Assembly (NCBI RefSeq): GCF_018350175.1
Contig: NC_058383.1
Span: 21,702,001 to 21,766,000, forward strand
From: Felis catus
Taxonomy: Eukaryota
Length of the DNA: 64,000 nucleotides
Direction: 5' to 3'
Shown: positions 25,600 through 40,028 of the stretch, in pieces
Numbering within the stretch: the first letter of the stretch is position 1
Layout of the letters: every line of letters starts with the position of its first letter
The notes under the pieces: model-generated
The model's input: only the letters and a program-made list of their open reading frames with translations
Told to the model about the DNA's origin: nothing
Databases searched by the model: none
Made by a program: the position numbers and the translations under genes

Positions 25600-26652
25600 A
25601 AAGAACACCCTTCTAAATAACCCGAGTGTCAAAGGAGAAATCAAAAGGAAAACTAGAATGTATGAATAAATGAAAATGAAAACATAACACACCACAGTTT
25701 GTAGAATATAGCTAACGGAGTAGAGGATATTTATAGCACACTAAATATTTGTATTGGAAAAGAAGGTCTCACATCAATGGATTTAGTTTCTCCCTTAAGA
25801 CACTAGAACAAAGAAGAGCAAATGAAAATCAAAATAAAGAGAAGAAATAATAAAGATCAGAGTGGCAGTAAGTGAAACAGAAAACAGAAAAATAATTGAT
25901 AAAAATCCATGGGGGGGGGGACCCTGGTTCTTTAAGAAAATAAATACAATTCATACAATTCTTTTAGTCAAGAAAAAAGAAGACACAAAGTAATAATAAG
26001 AAATAGGTGACGTGATATCACTGCAAATTCTATAGAGAATAAAATGACAATAAGCAAATAATATGAACGAGATTATGCCAAAAAAATTCATCAACTTAGA
26101 TAAAAGGAACAAATCCCTTGAAAGACACAAATAGAAAACTCACTCAAGAAGAAACTGATGACCTGAATAGTCCTATATCTATTTACAAATTTGACTTTGT
26201 GGTTAAAAACGTTCCATGAAGAAAACTCCAGGTCCAGATGGCTTCATTTATTTCACCAAATATTTAAGAAATAAATGACATAAATTCTATCAAACTCTTC
26301 CAGAAAATTAAAGAAGAGAGACTATTTCCCAATTCCTTCCGAGGTCAACATTACTCCAGTAACAAAGGCTAAGATATTGCAAGAAAACTACACACCAATG
26401 TCTCTAATGAACACAAATGTACAAATTTAAAAATTTTGCCAAACTCAACCATATATAAAAATAACAATATTCCATAGCGAAGTGGTATTATTCCACAAGT
26501 GTAATCAACATAACTCATCATATTATAAAACTATAAAAGAAAAACCATATGATTATCTCAATAGATGCAGAGAAAGCTCTTAACAAAATCCAATATCCAT
26601 TTTTTAAATTTTTTAAAGCTTTTTTAAGACTTTTTTTTAATGTTCATTTGTT

Positions 26653-26694
<42 letters not shown>

Positions 26695-29600
26695 CGCACA
26701 AGCTGTGGAGTGGGAAGAGAGAGAGGGGAACAAAGGATCTGATGCAGCCCCAGGCTACCAGCTGTCAGCACAGAACCTGACGTGGGGCTCGAACTCACCA
26801 ACCGTGAGATCATGATCCGAGCTGAAGTCAAATGCTTAACTGACTAAGCCATTATTATGCCCCCATTATTTTCTTTTAATATTTTTATTTTTGTAAAGTA
26901 ATGTCTTCACCCAACATGGGCCGTGAACTCACAATCCTGAGATCAAGAGTCACACACTCTACCAACTGTGCTAGCCAGATACCCCCTCCAATATCCATTC
27001 TTGTTTTTGGGGGGTTTTTTTGGTTTGTTTGGTTGGTTTGGTTTGTTTTTTAAAGCCTCATAGTAAACGAGGAATAGAAGGGAACTTTGCTCAGCATGGT
27101 AAAGGACATGTATAAAACTTCTGCAACTAATATCACACTTAATGATGAAATACTGAATAGTTTTCCTCTAGTATCAGGAACAAGACAAAAATGCCTGCTT
27201 GAATCTCTTCTATTCTACATTTTTCTGGAGCTTCTGGCCAATGCAGAAGAGGGAAAAGGAAGAAATACAACTGTCTTTATTCACAGATGGCCTGATCATC
27301 TCTGCAGAAATTCTATGGCATCTACAAAGAAGCTACTAGATTTAATAAGTGACTTTAGCAAGGTTGTAGAGCACAAAAGCAACATCCAAAAATCAGTTGC
27401 ATTTCTATACAACAGCAATGATCAATCCGAAATTGGAACCAAAAGCACAACCATTTTCTTTTTCTTTTTTTAATGTTTATTTATCTTTGAGACAGTGAGA
27501 GACAGAGCACAAGCAGGGGAGGGGCAGAGAGAGAGGGAGACACAGAATCCAAAGGAGGCTCCAGGCTCCGAGCTGTGAGCACAGAGCCTGATGTGGGGCT
27601 GAAATCTATGAACCGTGAGATCATTACCTGAGCCACAGTCGGACCTTTGACTGAACAACCCAGGTGCCCGAAGCACAACCATTTTCAATGGCATAAAAAA
27701 AATGAAATACTCTGGGTGCCTGGGTGGCTCACTTAGTTAAGCGTTTGTGGCTCAGGTCATGATCTCACTGTTCGTGGGTTTGAGCTCCGAGTCCTGCTCT
27801 GTGCTGACAGCTCGGAACCTGGAGCCTGCTTAGGATTCTGTGTCTCCCCTGCCCCATTTGCATGCACTCTCTCTCTCTCTCAAAAATAAATAAATTAAAA
27901 AATGTATAAAAAATGAAATACTAGAGATAAGTCTGACAAAACATCTGTAAAACCTATACACAGAGAACTACAAAAATATCACTGAGAGAAATTAAAGAAT
28001 ACCTAAATAAATGGAGATATATTATGTTTAAGGATCAGAAGACTCAATACTGGTAAAATGTCAATTTTTCCCAAACTGATTTACAGAATTAATGCAAGGA
28101 TAATGAAATCCCAGCAGGCTTGGCTTTTCTTGGTTTGGTAAAAATTGGCAAGTTGATTCTCAATTTCATATAGAACTGTGGAGGAGGTAGGATGGCCACA
28201 ACGATCTTGAAAAAAAACAAAACTGGAGCGCGTGGCTGCTCTGACCATAAAGCATGTGACTCTTGATCTTGGGGTCATGAGTTCAAGCCCCATGTTGGGG
28301 AGAGAGCTTTACTCAATATTTAAATAAGTAAATAAATAAAAATTAAAAGAAAAAAGAAAAAGATCCAAGCTGGAGGATGTAGACAACCTGACTTCAAGAT
28401 TTATTGGAAAGCAGCTGTAATCAAGTGACATCAAGAGAGACAAATAGGTCAATGTAACAGAGCAGGAAATCCTGAAATAAATCTATACACTCTGGTCAAT
28501 CTATTTTCAGCAATGGGTATGAAGACAATTCTGCTGGATAGCCATATGCAGGAAATAGTACCTCCACTCATACCCTACACCATATACAAAAATAAACTCA
28601 AAATGGATCTCATGTCTAAATCTGAAAGCAAAAACAGTAGAATTTCTGGAAGAAAATACAGGAGAAATCTTTGTGACCTTGAATTGGGCAATGATGTCAT
28701 AGTTACCAAAAACACAGTCCATAACACATAAAAATTAAGAACTTTAGCTCTTCAAAAGACACTGCTCAGAGAATGAAAACACAAGCCACAGACTAGAAGG
28801 TAAGTTTTGATATAGGTATACAGCCAATCACGTATCCAATAAAGAATTTGCATCCAGAATGTACAAAGGAGATATAAAACTCAGTCATAAGAAAACAACC
28901 TATTTTTTATTTATTTTTATTTTTTTAATTCTTAAAAACATTTTTTTTCATGTTTATTTATTTTTGAGATCTCGAGAGAGAGGATGAGTGGGGGAGGGGC
29001 AGAGAGCGAGGAAGAGAGAGACTCCCAAGCAGGCTCTGTGTTATCAGCACAGAGCTGGGTGTGGGGCTCGATCTCACGAACTCATGAGATCATGACCTGA
29101 CCCAAGATCAAGAGTCAGATGCTTAACTGACTGAACCACCCAGGTGCCCTGAGAAAAAAACCTATTTTTTAAATGGGCCAAAAATTTAAACAGACACTTC
29201 ACTCAGTAAGATATATACACGCTCCACAAAAAAAAAAAAAAAAAAAAAAAAGATGTACACATGCTCAACATCTTTAGTTTAATTAGGGAAATGCAAATTT
29301 AAACCGTGATAAGGTAATACCACACACCTATAAGAGTGTCCAAAGTGAGGGGCTCCTGGGTGGTTCAGTCGGTTGAGCGTCCGACTTCAGCTCAGGTCAT
29401 GGTCTCACACAGTTCATGGGCTCGAGCCCCGTGTCAGGCTCTGTGCTGACAGCTCAGAGCCTGGAGCCTGCTTCGGATTCTGGGTCTCCCTCTCTCTCTC
29501 TGCCCCTCCCCCGTTCATGCTCTGTCTCTCTCTCTCAAAAATAAATAAACATTATGGGGCGCCTGGGTGGCGCAGTCGGTTAAGCGTCTGACTTCAGCCA

Positions 29601-30440
29601 GGTCACGATCTCACGGTCCGTGAGTTCGAGCCCCGCGTCGGGCTCTGGGCTGATGGCTCAGAGCCTGGAGCCTGTTTCCGATTCTGTGTCTCCCTCTCTC
29701 TCTGCCCCTCGACCGTTCATGCTCTGCCTCTGTCCCAAAAATAAATAAACGTTGAAAAATGAATAAACATTAAAAAAAAAAAAAGACTGTTGCTGGTGAA
29801 GATATGAAGCATCTGTAGCCCTCATACATTGCTGGTTGGACCATAAAATCACGCAATCACTTTGGAAGGCTGTTTGGTAGTTTCTTATAAAGGTGAGCAC
29901 ACACCTGCCATATGATCTAGCCATTACAGTCCTAGATACTTACCCAAGAGACATGAAGACATTTGTCCAGACAAAGATGTGTATGTGAATGTTTATAGTA
30001 GCTTCATTTGTAATAACCCCAAAACTAGGAACAGCTCCATTGTCAACCAACAGAACAATGGATAAATTGGTGTATATCCATACAATGGGATATTCTTCAG
30101 CACTTCAAAGGAATGAACTATTGATGTGTGCAAAACATAGATGAATTTTAAAATAATTATGCTGGTAGAAAGAACTCAGACTTCCAAAAAGAAGAAAACT
30201 ATCATTCAATTTCAATAAAATTCTAGGAAATGCAACTTATTCTATAGTAGTGGAAAGTAGATCAGTGCTTGCCTAGGGTTGGGGAAATGCAGGAAGAATG
30301 AGAGGGGAAGATTGTAGAAAGGCAGGAGAAAACTTTCAGGGGCGATGGAGGTTTATTATCTTGGTTGTGGTGATGGTTTCACAGCTGTGTACATATGTCA
30401 AAACTTACCAAATTACACACTTTAAAAACGTGAGTCAATA
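25600..30440 (+). mobile_element. Degraded L1 (ORF2 to 3'UTR) with about 8 nested Can-SINEs
   Basis: ORF2-like translation MIISIDAEKALNKIQYPF and ...[14 protein letters not shown]1 3'UTR motifs. Confidence 0.88.
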
Positions 30441-31149
30441 AGGCGGTTTCCACACACACACAAACGTTTGACGAGAAAGAGGGTATGTACATAATATCAA
30501 AAAGTCTCCCGCAAAATACTTACAAATTAAAAGAGACAAGAGCAGCTTTAAAACAGGGAAGCCTCAGAGACACCACCTTGACGGAGTCATAACAGTGGAC
30601 CTCACCTCAAAATCTAGCAGCACCTGGTAGGTAGGATGCAACGAGAAGTTCTTGTGCTGTTTCTCTCAAAGGTGCATGACTCAAACCTAATCGTGAGGAA
30701 ATCTCAGACCAACTAAACCATGGGGCATTCTTCAAACCAACTGGCTTGTAATTCAGTCAAGTGTCAAGGTTAATGACAGTCCAGGAAAGACCGGAGAGCT
30801 GTTTGGGGTTGAAAGGGATGAGAAAGCTCAACTAAAAACAATGTTGGCTTCTCTGGATCCCTTTGCTGAAAAGACATTATTAAAATAATTATGGGCTTGA
30901 AAGGGGTCTCAGGGTTAGAGAATATCAATGTTAATTTCCTGATTTCAACCATCGTGTGGAGGTTATGCAGGAGAATTTCCTACCTTGTAGGAAATGTACT
31001 CTATCTTATTCCACACTGATGAGGCATGCATTTGGGTCTATTTCCAGACTGTGCCCATGGTTCGTTCAGGAAAAAAGTTCTTTTTCTGTATTCCCAGCTT
31101 TTCTGTTAGTTTGTGATGGTCAAAGAAAATTATTCTATTTACACCTTTG

Positions 31150-33420
31150 TTGACATATCTGAGATCTCTGTGCCATGAATTCGAGGAAGTCGACTAGTTG
31201 GGTCAAAGGATATGAACATTTAGGAATGTAATAAATATTACTAAACTGCCTTTCAAAAGATTGTGCCCAATATATACTCTTGCCAGCAATTTATGAGAGC
31301 ACCTACTTCCTTTCTCATTTGGGGCGGTATGAAACACTTGTATCTTTGCCAATCTATTATCTCATTTTAATTGATATTTCTTTAGTTGCTAGTGAGGTTG
31401 AGAAACTTTCTTTCTCTTTTTCTTTTTCTTTTTTAAGTTTATTTAGTTTTAGTAATCTCTACACCCAACGTGGGGCTCGAACTAATGACCCCCTAAGATC
31501 AAGAGTCTCACGGTCTTCCGACTGAGCCAGCTAGGTGTCCCAAGAAACTTTCTATGTGTTTATAAGTAATTTCTTTTTTATGAGATACTTTATATTCTTT
31601 GTCCAATTTTAAAGCTATTCTTATTTTCCTGTCTATTTATAAGAACTCTTTACATATGAAAAACATTGGCTTTCTTGTCTGTTGTCTGGATTTTAAAATA
31701 CCTTTTCCAGCTTGATACCTACCTTTTAACTTAGTCTGTTCTATTTTTATTTTTATACTGTCCACCTAATTTTCAATTTTATGTAGCCAACTTTTTCTTT
31801 TTAACTTCTTTAAAAAAATTTTTATTTATTTATTTATTTATTTTTAATGTTTATTTATTTTTGAGAGAGAGAGAGACAGAACACAAGTGGGGGAGGAGCA
31901 GAGAGAGGGGGAGACACAGAATCTGAAGCAGACTCCAGGCTCTGAGCTGTCAGCTCAGAGCCTGATGCGGGGCTGGAACTTACAAGTCATGAGATCATGA
32001 CCTGAGCCAAAGTTGGACACCCAACCGAGTCACCAGGGCGCCCCTCCTTAAAAACAATTTTTTTTAATCTTTATTTATTTTTGAGAGACAGAGACAGAGC
32101 ACGAGTGGGGGTTGGGGGGGTAGAGAAAGAGGGAGACACAGAATCTGAAGCGGCCTCCAGGCTCTGAGCTGTCAGCAGAACCCACAAACTGTGAGATCAC
32201 GACCTCAGCTGAAGTCGGATGCGCAACCGACTGAGCCACCCAGGCACCCCCCTTCTTGTTAGCTTCTAAGTTTCATTTCTTGCCTAGAAAGACTTTATCC
32301 ATCAAAATTGCGTGTGTGCATGCGCGTAAGCTTCCACGTTTTCTTCCTTCCTTGTCTCATCCATTTACATTTCAATTGTTTATCCGTCTGGAATTCATTT
32401 GGTAGACGGAATCAGATAGGCATCCAGCATTAACTTATTTATATTTTTCCAAACGGCTAGCCAGTCACCGTAACGGCAATTACCTCACTGTATCATTCTA
32501 TTTTTTCTGCCCTGATTCAAAAAACTATAGCTTCACTGTGTAATAGCTTCTCAAATGCATTGGGGTTGATTTCTAGATTCTAATCTGTTTCGTTAATCTG
32601 CCTTTCTCTCATGTACCAGCACCAAACTTTTTTCAAAAGTGCAGCTTTAGAGTACGCTTCGATACATACTGGGGTTAAACCTTTTTTATTACTTTCCTTT
32701 TTCAGAATTTTCCTGGCTAGTCTCACTTGTTTATTTTTCCATTTGAACTTTAGACTCAGTGAGTCTACTTCCAAAAAAAACCCTCCGCATGTACTTTTTG
32801 TTGATATAAAATTAATGTAAAGTTTAGTTAACAGAAAACATGCATCTTCACACCATGAAATCCTCTTATTGGTGGACAGGGTATGTCTTCCTTTGTTTTT
32901 TCTTTCATTTTCCTGCATTTTTTGTTGTGGCTGATGTAGTAATGGTCGGTGTTGGAGCTTTTTTAAAGTACAATATTTTCTTTCTTTTTTTCCTAGCTGT
33001 TTTTTCTGCAATATAGAAACGCTGTTGATTTGCGGGTATTCATTTTATAACCAACTTAATTCTGACTTAATTCATTGTTTACAAGATGCTTTCGATTAGT
33101 ATTCTTGGATTATCTAGATATGCAATTCAATTACTTGAAAATAATTATCATATTTTTCTCCACTTTGGAATTCATAAACTTCTTATTTTTCCATCTTGGT
33201 ACATCCAGAATAATGTTAAGTAATAGCAATATATTTCTCTTAGCTCGTTCTTGGCTTTCATAGAAAATGCTTCTAGTGTCCAACCTTAGACATGATGCAT
33301 TTTAAAACTGAAACATGTTGTTATCATGTCAATAATGGATGTTGAAATTTATTGAATACTCTTTCAAATCTCTAAGAAGGGTCATGCAGTCATTCTCCCG
33401 TAGCCAGTATTAAAGATTCC
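31150..33420 (-). mobile_element. Degraded L1 with nested SINEs
   Basis: ORF2-like LKFKWKNKQVRLARKILKK...VWCWY on the minus strand. Confidence 0.75.
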
Positions 33421-34239
33421 TCTAATATCAGTAAAGAGTCTGTGTGACACAGAGTTTGAGAGGCCACGTTGTCAGGCTGAAGTAAGTTCTATCTCTTCTA
33501 CTTGCCCACTCGGCAAGTTTCTTAGCTTCTCTGTGCCTTTGTGGCCTCCTTTATAAAGCAATCAACCAAGGGGCGCCTGGCTGGCTCAGTGGGTGGAGAG
33601 TGTGACTGTTGATCTTGGGATTGTGAATTTAAGCCCCACGTTGGGCATAGAGATTATTTAAAAAATCAAATAAATAAAACAATCAACAATAGCACCCAGC
33701 TCATAGGAGTGTTGCAGGATTTAAAGGAATAAGTATACACAAGGGCCTTGGATTAGCATATGGCTCATGGCGAATGCCCCATAAGTATTAGTCATTAGCG
33801 TTGTATTCCTGAAATAACCACAACTGTAGGGCTGAGCTTTTCCATTTGTTTAAATGAACTTATTTATTTATGGGAGCAAAAAGCACAAAGCTGGATGAAC
33901 CACTACACAAGTTAAGGCACACATTCGACTCCACCCCAGAAGATCCCCACATCCTCCCCACATTTCTACCCTATGCCCCTCCCCACAGGAAACCACCACC
34001 CTCATAGCTAACAGGTTGTGGTGCACTGTACGATTTTCAGGTGCTGCTAGATTTGTGTCTGATTTGCGTGTCAGTATTATGCTGGCTTTGTGGAAAAGTT
34101 TGACAGACTTTCTATTCTCTCTCTAGTCAGTCGAACCATCCCACACTGCGAATATTCAACTGTTTTGGAATTTACAAAAATAGCAATTACATTAGAGAAG
34201 GTTTATTTTTTCTATTTTTTTATTATTTCTTTTTAGAGA

Positions 34240-36730
34240 TTTAAACAATGGAAGGACATCCAAAAGACTCAACATTGTTAGGGTGCAACATTCTTCAAAT
34301 TGATCCAAAAATATAACACAATCTGTATTGGAATCCCAGCTGTATTTTTTATAGAAATTGACAAGCCAATCCTAAAATTTATATGGAAATGCAAGGGAGC
34401 CAGAATAGCTAAAAGCATCTAGAAAAAGCACAAAGTTGGAAGACTTACATTTCTCAATTTTATTAACATTTTTTTAAGTTTATTTATTTTGAGAGAGCAA
34501 ATGGGGGAGAGGCAGAGAGAGAGAGAGAGAGGGTTTTAAGCAGGCTCCACTGTGGAGCTTGACCTGTGGGGCTCTATCTCATGACTGTGAGATCATGACC
34601 TGAGCCAAAATCAAGAGTTGGATGCTTAATCGACTGAGCCACCCAGGCGCCCCGCACATTTCTTAATTTTAAGAGTTATTACAAAACATAGTAATTAAAC
34701 AGTTTGATCCTAATGCAAGGATAGACATTTAGATCAATGGAATAGAACTGAAAATCCAGAAGTAAACCTTATGATCACACTTATGATCGACTGATTTTCA
34801 ACAAGGATGTTAAAACAGTTCAATGAGGAAAAGAGTAGTCTTTTCAACAACTAGCGCTGAGGGGCACCTGGCTGGCTCAGGCAGAAGTGCATCAGACTCT
34901 TGATCTCAGGGTTATGAGTTCAAAGCCCCATGTTGGATGTAGAGATTACTTATAAATAAAATCTTAAAAAAACACACACACATACAGAAACCAAATAACT
35001 GGTTCTGGGACAACAGGATATTCAAATGCAAAAGAATAAAGCTTAATCCATATCTCATGCCATTAACTCAAGATGGATCAAAGACCTACACGTACGAGCT
35101 AAAACTATAAAATTCTTAGAGGAAAATATAGGAGTATATCTTTATGATCTTGGATATGGCAGTGGTTTCTAAGTTATGACATCAAAAGCATAAGAAACAC
35201 AACAACAAAATAGATTAATTAAATAGATCGATGGGACTTCATCAAAATTAGAAACCTTGGTGCATCTGAGGATACTACCAAGAAATTGAAAAGATGACAC
35301 ACATATAATTTAAGAAAACTCAGTCAGTTGAATGTCTGGCTTCGGCTCAGGTTATGATCTCATGGTCCGTGAGTTCAAGCCCTGCATTGGGCTCTGCGCA
35401 GACAGTGTAGAGCCTGGAGTCTGCTTGGGATTCTCTGTCTCCCTCTCTCTCTGCCCCTCCTCTGCCCCGCTCACACTCTGTCTCTCTCAAAAATAAATAA
35501 ACATTAGAAAAAAAATTTTAAAGAAAACATTGGCAAATCAGATATTTAAAATATTTTTATTTATTTATTTTGAGATAGAGTACAAGTGAGGAAGGGGCAG
35601 AGAGAGGGAGAGAGAATCCCAAACAGGCTCAGTGCAGAGCCCTATGTGGGTCTCGAACCCACGAACCGTGAGATCATGACCTGAGTCAAAGTTGGACGCT
35701 TAACCGACTGAACCACCCAGGTGCCCCGGGTGCCCCAGGTGCCCCAAATACTAAACGTGCAAAGGATCAGTATGGACAGTCTGCCAGGAAGATATACGAA
35801 TGGCCAATAGCACATGAAAATACTCTCAACATCATTAGTCACCAGGGAAATGTAAATCAAAGCCACAATGAGATATTACTCATCCCACTAGGATCACTGT
35901 AATCAAAACAAAACAAAACAAAACAAAAAAACAAACAAAACAAAACCAAAAAACAAAAAAAAACCCACAACAACAGATAATCACAAGGAACGGTAAGAAT
36001 GTGGAGAAGTTGGAACACTTACACAGTGTTGGTAGGAATGTCAAACAGCGCAGCCACTTTGGAAAACAGTGTAGCAGGGCCTCAAAAAGTTAAACATAGT
36101 TACCATATGGATCCATCCACTCCACTTCTAAGAATCTACCCAAGAGAAATGAAAACGCACATCCATGCAAAAACTGGTGCATAAATGCATTCAGCAGTTC
36201 TGTTCATCATAGTCAGGAAGCAGCAATAACCCAAAGGTCTATTAACAGATGTGCATAACCAAAGTAGTATATCCATTCAATGGAATATTATTTGGCCATA
36301 AAAAGGGATGATGTACAGATACATGCTATAACATCAATGGATCTTGAAAACATTACGCTAAGGGAAAGAAGCCAAGCTGGAAAAAAAAATCACATATTAT
36401 ATGATTCCATGCATATGAAATACCCAGACTAGGCAAATCCACAGAGACACATAGTAAATCAGTGGTTGCCGAGGGCATGGGTGGGGGTTTGGGGGAGAGG
36501 GAGGTAATAATTAAAGGGTGTTGGGGTTTCTTTTTGGGGTACTAAAAATGTTCTAAAACTGATCACGATAGTTGCACAAGACTGTGAATATACTAAAAAC
36601 CACTGGATTGTACACCTTATTATTTTTTTTACTGCGGTATAGGTGACACATAATGTCACGTTAGTTCCAAATTGTACACTTTAAATGTGTGAATCGTAGG
36701 GTATGTGAATTACATCTCCATAAAGCTGTT
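34240..36730 (+). mobile_element. Degraded L1 3' portion with nested SINEs
   Basis: atggaaatgcaaggg...cagaatagc and gatcaatggaatagaa; L1 3'UTR. Confidence 0.85.
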
Positions 36731-37150
36731 GCCAGAAAAGTGGCCATTTCGTATGCTTTTGTATGGCTTTGTGCTGACAGCTTGGAGCATCTTCAATAGC
36801 ACCATCAGACTGCGGTACGGCCTGAAGGTTCGATAGAGCTTATGTACAAGGCCTGGGCTTCTGTATAGGAGGAGGAGAAGAAAGAACCAGCAGAATGGGA
36901 GATGAAGGAGCGGGCATGAGGTTGATGGCCGGCCCCCAGAGTCTGGAAGGAAGAATCACCTTGGAAGGAGTCCAAGCTCTTTTCCAGAAGACCAGAAGGA
37001 AGAAGGAACGGATGAGGTCAGATACTAATTAGTTGGTGGTGTAGAGAAGTTTTTTTCTGGCTGGCCTCGATTTTCTCGGGAAAGAAGTCACAATAATTTG
37101 CAAAAATGAGAGAGGGGGAGCAGGGCGGTGGGTTTGCGGAGAGGGGAAAG

Positions 37151-38768
37151 CTACTGAGAGCTTAGTAAGGGCAGTGACTGGGGCGTTTGGAAGGCACTCA
37201 GGAGCACCCGAGGCCCCGCGGCCAGCGGAGGAAGGAATTCTGAAGCGGCAGGAGACCTGGCTCCTGAAGGGTTCCCCTCCGGTTTCCTGCAGCCTCGTCC
37301 GGGAGCCTCCTCCTCCTGAGTCATCTCTGCTTCGGGCCAGACAACCCCAATTCTTTCGATGTTACTCATACATCCTGGCGTTCAGCCTCTCACTCTGGAC
37401 GATATCCTGTGAACTGGCTGCCTTTGGCAACCCTCCTCCCAGAACTGAATGTTCTTCCCCAGTGAGGGCTGATCGAAGTCCACCTCCCAGGTTCTGGGCC
37501 CTATGCCTTCATTAATTCAGCCTGGGATGACCAGATTCCATTTGGCTGCCTCCTGGCATTGGGTCAGTGACAAATCCAAAGAGCAGAGAGAAGGTCTGGG
37601 TGGAGATCCCAGGGCTTTGTTAAAGAAGCTAGAAAAGATGGTTAACATGTTGACAAGTGGGGAATATCTCAAGGGGTGTGGGATCAAGGATCAGGGGTGG
37701 AGGGGCACCTTGGTGGCTTAGTTGGTTAAGTGTCTGACTCTTGATTTTGGCTCAGGTCATGATCTCACAGATGTGGAATCAAGCCCTGCATTGGGCTCTG
37801 CACTCAGCATGGAGCCTGCTTGAGATTCTCTCTCTCTCTCTTTCTCTCTTTCTCTCTCTGTCTCTCCCTCCACCCCTCTCCCCTGCTCACACTTTCTCTC
37901 TCTCTATCTCTCAAAAAAAAAAAAAAAAAGGGATTGGGGTGGAAACACATGTGAGGGATATTCCCCAGGGCCAGGATCTCATTGGGTAAAGCCATCCGGA
38001 TAACCTCAGCACTGATCACCTTGAACCTAGATACCGAGCACAGCCAATCAAGCACCTCCACCCTGGAGAGCCACAGCCAACAAGCGTTCAAGAATGCAGC
38101 AAGAGAATGGGAAGAGTGTGAGGGAAACTTCCAGGACACCTTTTTTTAATTAAAAAATTTTTTTTAATTTTAATTTATTTATTTGAGAGAGAGAGAGAGA
38201 GAGAGAGAATCCCAAGCAGGCTCTGCAATGTCAGCATAAAGCCCAATCTGGGGCTCGAACTCATGAAACTGAGATCACAACCTGAGCCCAAATCAAGAGT
38301 TGGATGCTCATCTGATTGAACCACCCACGTGCCCCCCAGTTTTTTTTTAATTAAAAAAAATTTTTTTAAGTAATCTCGGGGCGCCTGGGTGGCTCAGTCG
38401 GTTGAGTGTCTGACTTCGGCTCAGGTCATGATCTTACAGCTCTGTGAGTTCAAGCCCCACATCGGGCTCTGTGCTGACGGCTTGGAACCTGCTTCGGATT
38501 CTGTGTCTCCCTCTCTCTGCCCCTAATCCACTTGCATTCTGTCTCTGTCTCTCTCAAAAGTAAATAAACATTAAAAAAATTTTTTTAAAGTAATCTCTAC
38601 ACCAACAAGGGGCTCAAATTTGCAATCCCAAGATCAAGGGTCACACAATCCACTGACTGAGCCATCCAGGTGCCCCTCGGGGACAACTTTCGACACCAGT
38701 TATTATTAGATACTGGGGTTACTGCTGGCCAAAGTCTCTGGACACCAAGGGATATAGGGTCCCTGATT
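37151..38768 (-). pseudogene. Large ghost exon (~275 codons after removing two SINE blocks)
   Basis: Acceptor ccccttctag| is phase 2, matching the 40029 donor. One frame runs IRDPISLGVQ...CRKLS/WKFPSH...CFHP/...SLDLSLTQCQEAAKW...LLSSQ* with only 2-3 internal TGA codons. Confidence 0.6.
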
Positions 38769-39560
38769 CTAGAAGGGGCTGGAGAACACGTAGTGGAAGG
38801 AGCACAGCATTTGGTGTCAGGTCTAGATTTAAAAACCTGTCTCTGGGGCGCCTGGGTGGCGCAGTCGGTTAGGCGTCCGACTTCAGCCAGGTCACGATCT
38901 CGCGGTCTGGGAGTTCGAGCCCCGCATCAGGCTCTGGGCTGATGGCTCGGAGCCTGGAGCCTGTTTCCGATTCTGTGTCTCCCTCTCTCTCTGCCCCTCC
39001 CCCGTTCAAGCTCTGTCTCTCTCTGTCTCAAAAATAAATAAACATTGAAAAAAAAAACATAAAAAAAAAAAAAACCTGTCTCTGCTACTTATTTTCCACA
39101 TAACACTAACATTTGGCACATTGCTTAGCCTCTTGGAGACTCAGTTTCCATGTCTGTAAAATGGAAATTAATAATATCTACATGGTTAAGCATCCAACTT
39201 TTTTTTTTAAATGTTTTTATTTATTTTTCAGAGAGAGAGTACAAGCAGGGGAGGGGCAGAGAGAGGGAGACAGAGGATCTGAAGCAGGCTCTGCATTGAC
39301 AGCAGAGAGCCCGACGTGGGGCTCAAACTTATGAACCATGAGATCATGACCTGAGCTGAAGTCAGATGCTCAACTGATTCATCCACCCAGGCGCCCACAT
39401 CCAACTCTTGATTTCAGCTCAGGTCATGATCTCACACTCATGGGATCAAGCCCTGTACCACGCTCTGTTCTGACAGGGAGAAGCTTGCTTGGGATTCTCT
39501 CTCTCTCTGCCCCTCTCCTCCCTCCTCTCTCTCAAATTAAAATAAATAAACATTTTTAAA
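37702..39560. mobile_element. SINE cluster: 37702-37930, nested block 38141-38678, young felid SINE 38844-39073, nested pair 39183-39560
   Basis: Consensus sequences and TSDs. Confidence 0.88.
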
Positions 39561-40028
39561 AAAATAATAATATCTACCCCTTGGAGCTGGCTGTTGATGA
39601 AGTGGCATCAGTGACCCTCCAGTGCAGGGTTTTGTTTTCTCAGAAGCCCCTTTTACACAACCCAGCTTTGCCTGAATATCGCCTGGTCATCCTTCAGGCC
39701 ACATCTGGCTCTCTTCTGTCTCCTGCAATCCTTCCAGGTCAGGCGTCCCTCTTCTGTGCTCCCACAGTGCTGCCCACTTTGCTTATCTTCCACACAGCTA
39801 ATTACACCACACCAGAATGTCTGTCTGTCCTCCCACAAGTCAATGGAGGCAGGAGTGCTGTCCTGCTCACCCTTGAGTCCCCAGTTCAAGGCACACACAA
39901 GGCACTTAACAAATGTCTTGATGGAAGGAAGTCTTGAAGGCGACACAAGATCATGATTGTTTAGCCCAGACCTCTCAGGCCACACTAGCTGGGTGTAAAA
40001 ATAGGAACATGAAAGAATACATATCCAC

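Noticed and set aside
31815..31862. TTTA/TTTTA runs, given the human TNRC6A TTTTA/TTTCA epilepsy expansion
   Set aside because: Short SINE tails with no TTTCA expansion, and no evidence of orthology to the human repeat.
26549..33011. ORFs resembling reverse transcriptase-region peptides
   Set aside because: Fragmented L1 ORF2 relics with stops and nested SINEs.
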